Shown here piece after piece: positions 44,196 to 53,065 of a DNA stretch of 64,000 nt. The notes beneath the pieces are model-generated. The model saw nothing but the letters and a program-made list of their open reading frames with translations. It did no database searches and had not been told where the DNA came from. A program made the translations under genes and the position numbers. Origin of the DNA: Ignavibacteriota bacterium (GTDB taxonomy: Bacteria; Bacteroidota; Ignavibacteria; UBA10030). Every line of letters begins with the position of its first letter. The first letter of the stretch is position 1. The stretch is from the NCBI GenBank assembly GCA_963701295.1, contig OY969585.1, forward strand, positions 2,304,001 to 2,368,000. The letters run 5' to 3'.

Positions 44196-45386
44196 ATGGA
44201 ACTATGGCAAGAAATGCTTAGACAGAGCGTGGACAGTGCAAAAGATTTAGTTGAACGATTTGGATTTGATACAGAAACCGCCGAGAAGCTCAACAAGCTT
44301 TTCCATATCAGAATCAATCCATACTATCTTAGTTTAATTCGGTACCCAAACGATCCTATTTGGCGGCAATGTATTCCGGATGCAATAGAACTTCAGGACG
44401 AAAAAGCACCTGAGGATCCATTAAATGAAGAGGCCGATAGTCCTGTTCCGAGTATTACGCATCGATATCCAGACAGAGTACTCTTTCTCATTACCAGTCA
44501 ATGTTCGATGTACTGTCGCTTCTGTACGCGTAAACGAAAAGTGAGTGATTCGACAAAAATCAATGCAAAATATATCCAACGGGGATTAGAATATATCGGC
44601 GCTCATCCTGAGATACGGGATGTGATTATCTCAGGCGGTGATCCGTTAATGGTGACCGATTATGCCTTAGAAAAAGTGCTTGCAGGGCTTCGAGAGATTC
44701 CTCACGTCGAGATTATCCGCCTTGGCACAAAAATACCATGCGTTCTGCCACAGCGAGTAACGACAAAACTCTGCAAGATGTTGAAGAAGTATCATCCATT
44801 ATACGTGAACACGCATTTTAACCATCCGTGGGAATGTACACCGGAAGCTGAGCGCGCGTGCAATATGTTGGCGGATGTCGGAATCCCTGTGGGTAATCAA
44901 GCCGTGCTGATGAAGGGTGTGAACGATAACGCCGAAGTCATGCTGGAATTGCATCGGAAGCTGCTCAAGATGCGCGTACGTCCGTACTACATCTATCAAG
45001 CCGATCTCACCAAAGGCACCAACCATTTCAGAACACCTGTACGTGTTGGTTTAGAGATTATGGATAAACTACGCGGACATACTTCTGGACTTGCCATTCC
45101 CTATTATGTTATCGATGCGCCGGGCGGAGGTGGAAAGATTCCATTGTTACCGCAATATGTGCTCGGACGGAACGGAAAAGATATTATGCTCCGTAACTAT
45201 AAATATGAGATTTATACTTATCCGGATGTAGAAGATGCAACGGTAGAACAATATCCGGTAGAACGCAAGTATATGCGGAAACATCAGAACAGCAGACGCA
45301 AATCCGTGAGCGTTCCAAATTCTGCGGAAGGGACAGAAGAGAAAGTCCTTGTGGAACAAGCTCCAGTGGGACAAGTTGTAAAGTAA
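44196..45386 (+). CDS. kamA: KamA family radical SAM enzyme (lysine 2,3-aminomutase type)
   Basis: HRYPDRVL, CSMYCRFC, SGGDP, HFNHP, NQAVL, PYYIYQAD, HTSGLA, DAPGGGGK (PLP lysine). Confidence 0.88.
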   Translation: MELWQEMLRQSVDSAKDLVERFGFDTETAEKLNKLFHIRINPYYLSLIRYPNDPIWRQCIPDAIELQDEKAPEDPLNEEADSPVPSITHRYPDRVLFLITSQCSMYCRFCTRKRKVSDSTKINAKYIQRGLEYIGAHPEIRDVIISGGDPLMVTDYALEKVLAGLREIPHVEIIRLGTKIPCVLPQRVTTKLCKMLKKYHPLYVNTHFNHPWECTPEAERACNMLADVGIPVGNQAVLMKGVNDNAEVMLELHRKLLKMRVRPYYIYQADLTKGTNHFRTPVRVGLEIMDKLRGHTSGLAIPYYVIDAPGGGGKIPLLPQYVLGRNGKDIMLRNYKYEIYTYPDVEDATVEQYPVERKYMRKHQNSRRKSVSVPNSAEGTEEKVLVEQAPVGQVVK

Positions 45387-45405
45387 CTGACTGTAACAGT
45401 ACATT

Positions 45406-45460
45406 AAGCCCGTCTCGATACTTGTTCGCCATTCTGTGGCGGAAGTCGGGACGGGTTTTT
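45406..45460 (+). terminator. Intrinsic terminator after kamA with a nested inner hairpin
   Basis: AAGCCCGTCTCGAT..GTCGGGACGGGTTTTT outer stem; inner TTCGCCA-TTCTG-TGGCGGA. Confidence 0.8.
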
Positions 45461-45497
45461 GTTTGTACAAATTATATTTGCTGAAAGGGCGAACCCT

Positions 45498-46703
45498 ATG
45501 GCAGCAGTAAGAGATTACACAAAACTGATTCGCGAGATCCAAAAGATATTGCAGGCTGAAAAGATCGATGGTTGGCTGCTTTATAACTTTCGTGATTCGA
45601 ATATCTTTGCGACCCGGCTTCTTGCATTGCCGGACCATATTATGTTCACACGACGGTTCTTTTATTACATTCCGGCATCCGGTGAACCAAGAAAATTGGT
45701 GCATAGAATTGAAGAGTGGAATTTGGATGCGCTACCGGGCGGAAAAAACATCTATCTGAGTTGGCGGTCATTGGAAGAGGGCTTGAAGAAACTTCTTTCC
45801 GGTTCAAAACGAGTGGCGATGGAATATTCGCCGAAGTGTGCGATTCCATATATCTCAACCGTCGATGCAGGGGCGATAGAACTTGTACGTGAAAGTGGAG
45901 TAGAAGTTGTTTCCTCAGCAAACCTCATTCAGCATTTTGAAGCACGCTGGAATGAAAAGCAATTGAATGATAACATCAAAAGTGCGACACATCTTCGGCA
46001 AATTGCGGATAGAGCATTTGGATTTATTCGAGATAGTATCCTGTCGAACAGTGCAATTACAGAATATGATGTTCAGCAGTTTATGATGTCGGAATTTAAG
46101 AATCGTGGATTAATCACATCGAGCGACCCTAATTGTTCGGTCAATGCAAACAGCGCTAATCCGCATTACGAACCGACAAAAGAGATTCATTCCCCGTTGC
46201 AAAAAGGTGATTTTGTACTCTTAGATTTATGGGCGAAGAAAGATAAGCCGCGCTCGGTGTATGCCGATATTACATGGACTGGCTTTATCGGTGAAAAGGT
46301 ACCAGAAGAGTATGAAAAGATATTCCAAATCGTTAAAGGCGGACGCGATGCAGCACTAAATTTTGTACGCACTTCCATGGAGAAGGGGAAAGTTGTCCAT
46401 GGATATGAAGTAGATGACGCAGCACGGAATTATATTACCCAGCATGGATACGGCGAATATTTTGTTCACCGCACGGGGCATTCCATCGGTGAGGAAGTGC
46501 ACGGCAATGGTGCCAATATGGACAATCTGGAAACTCGTGATGAACGAACTATCATACCTCAAACTTCATTTTCTATTGAACCTGGAATTTATCTCCGTGA
46601 TGAATTCGGTATCCGTAGTGAGATAGATGTTTATATCACAAAAGATAATGAAGTTCTCGTTACCGGATTACCGATGCAGGAAAATGTAGTGGCGATATTA
46701 TAA
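45498..46703 (+). CDS. M24 family Xaa-Pro aminopeptidase
   Basis: NSANPHY, LLDLW, YADITW, HRTGHSIG..VH, FSIEPGIY, GIRSE. Confidence 0.9.
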   Translation: MAAVRDYTKLIREIQKILQAEKIDGWLLYNFRDSNIFATRLLALPDHIMFTRRFFYYIPASGEPRKLVHRIEEWNLDALPGGKNIYLSWRSLEEGLKKLLSGSKRVAMEYSPKCAIPYISTVDAGAIELVRESGVEVVSSANLIQHFEARWNEKQLNDNIKSATHLRQIADRAFGFIRDSILSNSAITEYDVQQFMMSEFKNRGLITSSDPNCSVNANSANPHYEPTKEIHSPLQKGDFVLLDLWAKKDKPRSVYADITWTGFIGEKVPEEYEKIFQIVKGGRDAALNFVRTSMEKGKVVHGYEVDDAARNYITQHGYGEYFVHRTGHSIGEEVHGNGANMDNLETRDERTIIPQTSFSIEPGIYLRDEFGIRSEIDVYITKDNEVLVTGLPMQENVVAIL

Positions 46704-46824
46704 TCATAAGTCTATTTCAATAAACATTTCGCTGAAGAAGGCTGTTGCGTTCTTAGGGCGACATCGAGACCATCTGAGAATATGTTTTTTGGGTAGTGCA
46801 TCAATTTAATAAAGCTGGCTATTG

Positions 46825-46848
46825 ATGTCAGGAATTTCTCCCTGACAC
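46825..46848 (-). repeat. Palindromic repeat copy 3 (minus strand GTGTCAGGGA-GAAA-TTCCTGACAT)
   Basis: Same stem as copies 1 and 2, with two G-T wobble pairs on the minus strand. Confidence 0.8.
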
Positions 46849-47009
46849 TCAGCAGTATCGGTCAGAATGCAAGTCTTGATGAGACTAAACTGAGAAACCG
46901 CTTTCTTTCTTCATCCGTTGATAATAGACCACACTTTATGTAAATTCTATACGACTGCATCAATGGGGTATAAATTGTTTCCAAATTGGAGTAAAGGATT
47001 GTTTCCGAC

Positions 47010-49592
47010 ATGAAATATGATTTTTTAACCATCGAACGAAAATGGCAGGAATACTGGGACAGCAAAAAAACATTCCGTGTTCCTGACGATGAAACGAAAC
47101 AAAAGCTCTATGTACTGGATATGTTTCCGTATCCATCTGGAGCCGGCCTACATGTCGGTCATCCGGAAGGGTACACTGCCACAGATATTCTTTGTCGTTA
47201 TCGGCGAATGAAAGGTTTTGCTGTCCTCCATCCAATGGGATGGGATGCGTTTGGATTGCCGGCAGAACGCTATGCGATGCAGACGAACATTCATCCCAGC
47301 GTAACGACCGGGAGAAACATTGATACATTCCGACGCCAGATTAAAATGCTGGGCTTGAGCTATGACTGGGAACGGGAGGTCAATACTACCGATCCAAAAT
47401 ACTACAAATGGACGCAGTGGATATTTCTGAAAATCTATAATTCATGGTTCGATCCGAAAGAACGTAAAGCCAAACCCATTGAAACATTGGAACAAGAGCT
47501 TGCTGTGCACGGAACGAAAAATCTGAATATTGAAAAACATTTCACTGCGGATGACTGGAAGAACAAATCGAAAAAAGAAAAGCACGATTTCATTGCGCAA
47601 TTTCGTTTGGCGTTTATTGCGGAAATTCCTGTCAACTGGTGCGAGGCACTCGGCACTGTTTTGGCAAACGAGGAAGTTGCCGAATGGACCGAAAAGGGTT
47701 ACACGGTTGAACGTCGTCCGATGCGGCAATGGATGATGCGTATTACTGCATACTCCGACCGACTCTTAGAAGGTGCAAAGGAACTTGATTGGCCTGTATC
47801 GACACTTGAGCAGCAGCGCAATTGGATCGGCCGCTCGGAAGGAGCCGATGTTGAATTTCTAGTGAAAGGTAAATCAGAAAAAATACGTGTCTTCACCACA
47901 CGCCCTGATACGTTGTTCGGTGCAACATATATGGTGCTTGCGCCGGAACATTCTCTTGTGGATACCATAGCGACACCGGAGCGGGTTCAGGAAATTCAAA
48001 AGTACCGGAAAGAAACAGCAATCAAAAGTGAGCTTGAGCGTGGAACAGAAAAAGAAAAGACCGGCGTTTTCACAGGTGGCTATGCAATGAATCCGACAAC
48101 CGGAAAAGAAATACCAATCTGGATCGCTGATTACGTGATGATGGGATATGGCACCGGAGCAATTATGGCTGTGCCGGGTCACGACGACCGTGATATGGAA
48201 TTTGCAAAAAAATATAATTTACCTATTATCAAAGTGGTCGATGGTGGTCCGAATGCACTGGAGTGTTTTGTGGGAGATGGGATCGGAATTAATTCTTCGA
48301 ATGCTGAAGTATCACTCAATGGACTTTCAACTCCGGAAGCCAAGAAAGCAATTGCGGCATGGCTGGCAAAGAACGGAATTGGCAAAGCAACTGTTCAGTA
48401 CAAGCTTCGAGACTGGCTTTTTTCACGTCAACGGTATTGGGGCGAACCGATTCCCATAGTCTATCTTGAAGATGGAACAATGAAGGCAATAGATGAAAAG
48501 GAATTGCCTCTGGAATTGCCGAGCTTGGAGAAATTTCAACCAAGCGGAACAACAGAATCGCCTTTAGCTCTTGCAACGAATTGGATCAATGTTGTTGACA
48601 AAGAAACAGGTTTGAAGGGGCGACGCGAGACAAACACGATGCCGCAATGGGCTGGCTCGTGCTGGTACTATCTCCGCTTCATTGACCCTAAAAACGACAG
48701 TACATTCTGCGATACCACGAAGGAAAAGCATTGGATGCCTATTGATCTCTATGTTGGTGGATCAGAACATGCTGTGCTGCATCTGATGTATTCGCGATTC
48801 TGGCATAAAGTACTCTTTGATCTTGGCTTTGTCAGCACGAAGGAGCCATTCATGAAGTTAAGGCATCAGGGAATTATTCTTGGTGAAGATTCCCGCAAAA
48901 TGTCGAAGTCGCGTGGAAATGTCGTTAATCCAGATGATGTCGTAAAAGAATATGGTGCCGACTCGATGCGATTGTTTGAGATGTTTATGGGGCCGTTGGA
49001 AGAAATGAAACCATGGAATACACGTGGTGTGGAAGGGGTTTTCCGTTTTCTCAATCGTGTTTGGCGATTGTTTGTAAATGATGAAGGTACGTTAGATGCA
49101 TTCATCCAGGATGTTGTGCCGACCATAGATTATGAACGACTCTATCATCAAACTGTGAAGAAAGTCGGAGATGATATCGATGGACTTCGTTTCAATACTG
49201 CCATTTCACAAATGATGATATTTTTAAATGAAACGATGAAGTTGGAAGTCCGACCGCGCAAGTTACTGGAAAACTTTGTCTTGCTTCTTTCACCGTTTGC
49301 TCCTCATCTTGCGGAAGAACTTTGGGAAAAGCTTGGCCATGCAAAGTCGACGGCATATGAACCGTGGCCAGTGTATGATGAAGCAAAATGTGCAGAAACG
49401 ACGGTAGAGGTGGTGTTACAAATCAATGGAAAGATTCGATCGAAAGTTACTGTTGCGAAGGATACTTCCAATGCAGAACTGGAACGGCTGGCATTGGATG
49501 ATGCCAACATGAAACGCTACATGGACGGCAAGCATATCGTCAAGAGAATTATTGTATCGAACAAGTTAGTGAATATTGTTATTGGCAGTTGA
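47010..49592 (+). CDS. leuS: Leucyl-tRNA synthetase
   Basis: [21 protein letters not shown] editing domain, [16 protein letters not shown]. Confidence 0.98.
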   Translation: MKYDFLTIERKWQEYWDSKKTFRVPDDETKQKLYVLDMFPYPSGAGLHVGHPEGYTATDILCRYRRMKGFAVLHPMGWDAFGLPAERYAMQTNIHPSVTTGRNIDTFRRQIKMLGLSYDWEREVNTTDPKYYKWTQWIFLKIYNSWFDPKERKAKPIETLEQELAVHGTKNLNIEKHFTADDWKNKSKKEKHDFIAQFRLAFIAEIPVNWCEALGTVLANEEVAEWTEKGYTVERRPMRQWMMRITAYSDRLLEGAKELDWPVSTLEQQRNWIGRSEGADVEFLVKGKSEKIRVFTTRPDTLFGATYMVLAPEHSLVDTIATPERVQEIQKYRKETAIKSELERGTEKEKTGVFTGGYAMNPTTGKEIPIWIADYVMMGYGTGAIMAVPGHDDRDMEFAKKYNLPIIKVVDGGPNALECFVGDGIGINSSNAEVSLNGLSTPEAKKAIAAWLAKNGIGKATVQYKLRDWLFSRQRYWGEPIPIVYLEDGTMKAIDEKELPLELPSLEKFQPSGTTESPLALATNWINVVDKETGLKGRRETNTMPQWAGSCWYYLRFIDPKNDSTFCDTTKEKHWMPIDLYVGGSEHAVLHLMYSRFWHKVLFDLGFVSTKEPFMKLRHQGIILGEDSRKMSKSRGNVVNPDDVVKEYGADSMRLFEMFMGPLEEMKPWNTRGVEGVFRFLNRVWRLFVNDEGTLDAFIQDVVPTIDYERLYHQTVKKVGDDIDGLRFNTAISQMMIFLNETMKLEVRPRKLLENFVLLLSPFAPHLAEELWEKLGHAKSTAYEPWPVYDEAKCAETTVEVVLQINGKIRSKVTVAKDTSNAELERLALDDANMKRYMDGKHIVKRIIVSNKLVNIVIGS

Positions 49593-49606
49593 TGGAGTCA
49601 TGAGTG

Positions 49607-50365
49607 GTGATCCGCGTATCAGTTGTTATTATTACATATAACGAAGAACGAAATATCGCGCGATGTTTCGATTCCGTCAAAGGAATCGCTGATGAGATTG
49701 TTGTTGTCGATTCGTATTCGGCTGACAGAACTGTTGAGATTTGTCGTTCGTATGATGTAAAAGTTATTCAGCATGCATTTGATGGTCACATTCAACAAAA
49801 GAATTTTGCGGTGGAGCAAGCTTCATCAGATCGTGTGCTTTCCTTGGATGCCGATGAAGCGCTTTCAAGTGAATTGCAAAAATCCATTATCGATATTAAA
49901 TCAAACTGGCAGTATGATGCATACAAAATGAACCGACTCACGAATTACTGCGGTGCATGGATACGGCATGGCGGTTGGTATCCAGATTGCAAAGTTCGAT
50001 TGTTTGACAGACGAAAAGGAAAATGGACTGGGATCAATCCGCATGATCAATATGAAGTTAAGAATCCTAAAGCTCATATCGGATATTTGAAAGGAGATAT
50101 TCTTCATTTCAGCTACTATTCAATATCTGGACATATCAAACAAGTTGATTACTTTACAGAAATATCAGCACGAGTTCTTTTTGAAAAAGGGAAGAAGGCA
50201 TCATTCATTCGGCATTGTATCTCTCCAGCATTTCGTTTCTTTCGGGATTATATTCTCAAATTTGGTTTTCTGGATGGCTATTATGGCTTTGTCATTTGTT
50301 TAATTTCATCGTTTGCAAATTTTCTTAAATATGTAAAACTGCGTGAGCTATGGAAAATACGATAA
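49607..50365 (+). CDS. GT2 glycosyltransferase (LgtF/KdtX-like LPS glucosyltransferase)
   Basis: IITYNEE, VVDSYSADRT, QKNFA, LDADE, WYPD, FLDG. Confidence 0.88.
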   Translation: MIRVSVVIITYNEERNIARCFDSVKGIADEIVVVDSYSADRTVEICRSYDVKVIQHAFDGHIQQKNFAVEQASSDRVLSLDADEALSSELQKSIIDIKSNWQYDAYKMNRLTNYCGAWIRHGGWYPDCKVRLFDRRKGKWTGINPHDQYEVKNPKAHIGYLKGDILHFSYYSISGHIKQVDYFTEISARVLFEKGKKASFIRHCISPAFRFFRDYILKFGFLDGYYGFVICLISSFANFLKYVKLRELWKIR

Positions 50366-50378
50366 AGGAGAGAACATT

Positions 50379-50675
50379 ATGGAGGAAAATAAATCGATGT
50401 CCCTTTTTTTTAGTTTGATCATGACATTTCAAGCGGCTGCGATGCAGCAAATGGGAAAACTAAAAAATCCAATTTCCGATAAAATTGAACGAGATCTTCA
50501 GCAGGCTCAATTATCTATCGATATTCTCGATATGCTGGAAGAAAAAACGAGGGGAAATTTATCAGATGATGAATCTCGTTTTCTCAAAGGAGTTTTGCAG
50601 GAGCTTAAGTTGAACTACGTCGATGAGTCGACAAAACAACAGCAATCTACAGATAAGGAAAAGACGTCATTATGA
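50379..50675 (+). CDS. DUF1844 family protein
   Basis: MGKLKNP..DLQQAQLSIDILDMLEEKTRGNLS..L..LKLNYV; AAGGAG RBS. Confidence 0.85.
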   Translation: MEENKSMSLFFSLIMTFQAAAMQQMGKLKNPISDKIERDLQQAQLSIDILDMLEEKTRGNLSDDESRFLKGVLQELKLNYVDESTKQQQSTDKEKTSL

Positions 50676-51562
50676 AATTTGGAATTTGCGGAAATCTGGA
50701 AAAAACAGAATTACCAAGGGTTATCGAAAGGCTTATGACTCGATGTCAAAAGGAGAAGGTGCAGTATATTCTTCCGGAAACACTAGCAAAAGGATTACGT
50801 GGAAAGATTGATAAGCAGTTCCTTCTTCGGTCGAATATTGTATCTGAAAGGAAGTTGCCGACGGCATGCGACATTGTAATATCGATTGGTGGTGATGGAA
50901 CGATTCTCAGGATTGCACGGCTCGTAAGCGGTCACGCAACGCCCATACTTGGAATTAATTTAGGGAAATTAGGATTTCTTGCAGAAGTATCTCTTGAAGA
51001 GCTTGATGATTGTATCACCGAGATATTACGAGGTGATTATGGTATTGAGGACCGAATGATGCTGCAAACACGCATCAATAAATCAAAACAATGCATGTTT
51101 GCACTGAACGACATTGTGCTCAGCCAAACGGATTCTTCGCGTATGTTCACTGTGCAAACATTTGTGAATGGTGAGTTTCTGTCAAAGTTTACCTGTGATG
51201 GCACCATTGTTGCTACGCCAACTGGTTCCACAGCGTATATGCTTTCAAATGGCGGACCCATTGTTACACCGACAAACCATTCTTTGCTCATTAATCCGAT
51301 TTGCCCGCATTCGCTAACCGCAAGAACGGTCGTTGTGCCGGAAGAGTCAATTATCACACTAAAGGTTCAAACAGCACACGGCAAAATGCGAATTACTGCA
51401 GATGGCCAATCTCAGATATTCGTACGACTTCCATTGGAAGTAGTGATAGAGCGCTCGCTGCTTGTTACAAAACTTGTAAAGAGAATGAACACCAGTTACT
51501 ACGATGTCCTGCGAAGAAAACTGCATTGGGGAAGGGATGCGCGGAATTTATCGGAACATTAA
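50672..51562 (+). CDS. nadK: NAD(+) kinase
   Basis: GGDGT, GINLGKLGFL, ALND, DG..ATPTGSTAY, PICPH. Confidence 0.95.
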   Translation: MKFGICGNLEKTELPRVIERLMTRCQKEKVQYILPETLAKGLRGKIDKQFLLRSNIVSERKLPTACDIVISIGGDGTILRIARLVSGHATPILGINLGKLGFLAEVSLEELDDCITEILRGDYGIEDRMMLQTRINKSKQCMFALNDIVLSQTDSSRMFTVQTFVNGEFLSKFTCDGTIVATPTGSTAYMLSNGGPIVTPTNHSLLINPICPHSLTARTVVVPEESIITLKVQTAHGKMRITADGQSQIFVRLPLEVVIERSLLVTKLVKRMNTSYYDVLRRKLHWGRDARNLSEH

Positions 51563-51565
51563 ATT

Positions 51566-51976
51566 TTAATTATATATTGCCCCTTCTTCAATCCATTTTT
51601 TTACACCATTGATTTGATTTTGGTTCAATTGAGGAGATTTAGGGGGCGGCATTTGAGGCAGATGTCCATCGAGTCGTTCCATCAAAAGACAATTTGTATC
51701 AAGCCGGACGACAAGAGTAGGAATGTGGTTCATGAGAGCCGTAAATGAAGGATACTCAAGATTTAATCCAGCTGCTGGTGTATCGCCCCCATGGCATGGC
51801 GAAGCAGTACATTTTTGTTGAAATAATGGTCCAACCTGCTTGGAAAAACTTATGTTGCTATTTGGGAATACTATCTCCAATGATGGATTCGTTTGTGTAT
51901 CTTTGCAGGAGATAAGTCCGCTTGATACAAGAAGAATAAAATCAAAAAAAAGAAAATATAGAAGAAGACGCATCAT
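51566..51976 (-). CDS. Lipoprotein with putative c-type heme motif (CxxxxCH)
   Basis: Lipobox LISC; CTASPCH; QMPP..L..NQI..KKWIEEGA resembles planctomycete-type cytochrome c domains. Confidence 0.7.
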   Translation of the reverse strand: MMRLLLYFLFFDFILLVSSGLISCKDTQTNPSLEIVFPNSNISFSKQVGPLFQQKCTASPCHGGDTPAAGLNLEYPSFTALMNHIPTLVVRLDTNCLLMERLDGHLPQMPPPKSPQLNQNQINGVKKWIEEGAIYN

Positions 51977-52052
51977 CGAGATTCTTAGACTCTTTCGTTA
52001 ATACTGAGTGATAAGTTACTGAAAACTTATTCCTCCTGCAATGAATTTCTAA

Positions 52053-52081
52053 TTGACTTTACTCCGATCCTTGGGTATATT
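52053..52081 (+). promoter_or_regulatory. sigma70-type promoter for tRNA-Ala
   Basis: TTGACT-N17-TATATT, 13 nt upstream of the tRNA. Confidence 0.7.
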
Positions 52082-52094
52082 TTATTCGAATGAT

Positions 52095-52168
52095 GGGCCG
52101 TTAGCTCAGCATGGGAGAGCGCCACAATGGCATTGTGGAGGTCACCGGTTCGAGCCCGGTACGGTCCA
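52095..52168 (+). tRNA. tRNA-Ala(GGC)
   Basis: Cloverleaf with CCACA-AT-GGC-AT-TGTGG anticodon arm, G3-U70 identity pair, and A32/U38. Confidence 0.97.
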
Positions 52169-52170
52169 CG

Positions 52171-52200
52171 AAAAGGACAATCCAATCGATTGTCCTTTTT
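52171..52200 (+). terminator. Terminator after tRNA-Ala (duplicated at 52514-52543)
   Basis: AAAAGGACAATC-CAATC-GATTGTCCTTTTT. Confidence 0.85.
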
Positions 52201-52206
52201 CTTATT

Positions 52207-52476
52207 ATGTTTTCAATGTACATACTTCAAAGTAGTACTTCCGGTCGGTATTATGTAGGTCATACAGATAAAATATCTCGTCGACTAACTGAGCATAATT
52301 CAGGAATGGCGAAATATACTCGACAGGAAAAGCCATGGAAAGTGGTGTATGTAGAAAATTATGCCACACGTTCAGCGGCGATGAAACGAGAGTCAGAAAT
52401 TAAAAGAAAGAAGAGCAAAAAGTATATCGAAAGACTGATTGAATCGGGAGAGCGTCCCGACACGACGGAGTCGTGA
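52207..52476 (+). CDS. Small stand-alone GIY-YIG nuclease
   Basis: MYILQS..RYYVGHT..RRLTEHN..KYT..PWKVVYVE..AMKRESEIK; the Tyr, Tyr-x-Gly, Arg, His and Glu residues of the family are present. Confidence 0.93.
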   Translation: MFSMYILQSSTSGRYYVGHTDKISRRLTEHNSGMAKYTRQEKPWKVVYVENYATRSAAMKRESEIKRKKSKKYIERLIESGERPDTTES

Positions 52477-52544
52477 CGGGAAGGTCACCGGTTCGAGCCC
52501 GGTACGGTCCACGAAAAGGACAATCCAATCGGTTGTCCTTTTTC
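52446..52544 (+). repeat. Partial tRNA-Ala duplicate (D-arm 3' strand to terminator) with anticodon arm replaced by a 27-nt palindrome
   Basis: GGGAGAGCG (52446-52454) matches 52113-52121; 52482-52544 matches 52139-52201 at 62/63; the intervening sequence is TCCCGACACGACGGAGTCGTGACGGGA. Confidence 0.93.
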
Positions 52545-52576
52545 ATTATAGGTTCAGCAAGAAAATTGAGGTTTTG

Positions 52577-52900
52577 TTGATTGCATCGAAAATAAAACTA
52601 TCGTCGTCGCAGGAACTTTCTATCCTATGGGATGATGAGCATGCAAGCATCATTTCTCTCCACACACTGCGTGATCGTTGCCCCTGTGCAGGCTGTCAAG
52701 GTGAAACGGTACTCCTCAAGATGTACATACCAGAACCACAGCCTCAACTTCCCGGTAGGTACAATATCATTGGAATTCAGCAAGTGGGTCACTATGCAAT
52801 TCAGATATCTTGGGGAGATCGCCATTCGACCGGTATCTATACATGGGAATATTTGCGCAATCTTTGTGAATGTCCAGGATGCCTATTAAAGAAAGAATAA
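52577..52900 (+). CDS. DUF971 / GBBH-like N-terminal domain protein
   Basis: WDDEH..LRDRCPCAGC..VGHYAIQISWGDRHSTGIYTWEYL; TTG start after GAGG. Confidence 0.88.
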   Translation: MIASKIKLSSSQELSILWDDEHASIISLHTLRDRCPCAGCQGETVLLKMYIPEPQPQLPGRYNIIGIQQVGHYAIQISWGDRHSTGIYTWEYLRNLCECPGCLLKKE

Positions 52901-52913
52901 AATAGAAAATTTC

Positions 52914-52942
52914 TTGCACACTGAATGAAGTATTTGTATATT
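52914..52942 (+). promoter_or_regulatory. sigma70-type promoter for tRNA-Val (and probably the pyr operon)
   Basis: TTGCAC-N17-TATATT. Confidence 0.6.
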
Positions 52943-52965
52943 ATTATAATACTTGAGGCAGCTAC

Positions 52966-53040
52966 GGGCGCTTAGCTCAGCTGGTTTAGAGCGTACGCCT
53001 CACACGCGTAAGGTCGCAGGTTCGATCCCCGCAGCGCCCA
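52966..53040 (+). tRNA. tRNA-Val(CAC)
   Basis: GGGCGCT/AGCGCCC acceptor stem, TACGC-CT-CAC-AC-GCGTA anticodon arm, GGTTCGATCC T-arm. Confidence 0.97.
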
Positions 53041-53065
53041 CAAAAATAAATGTTCTTTGAGAAGT

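Noticed and set aside
44196-45386. EF-P modification enzyme EpmB
   Set aside because: The DAPGGGGK PLP motif and length fit the KamA/AblA type, and neither efp nor epmA is nearby.
46704-47009. T-box leader upstream of leuS
   Set aside because: No T-box consensus or terminator/antiterminator seen; only palindrome copy 3.
52111-52206. N-terminal extension of the GIY-YIG ORF in the ORF track (and of the DUF971 ORF from 52439)
   Set aside because: These extensions are translations of the tRNA/pseudo-tRNA and terminator; the shared VTGSSPVRSTKRTIQS peptide simply reflects the DNA duplication.
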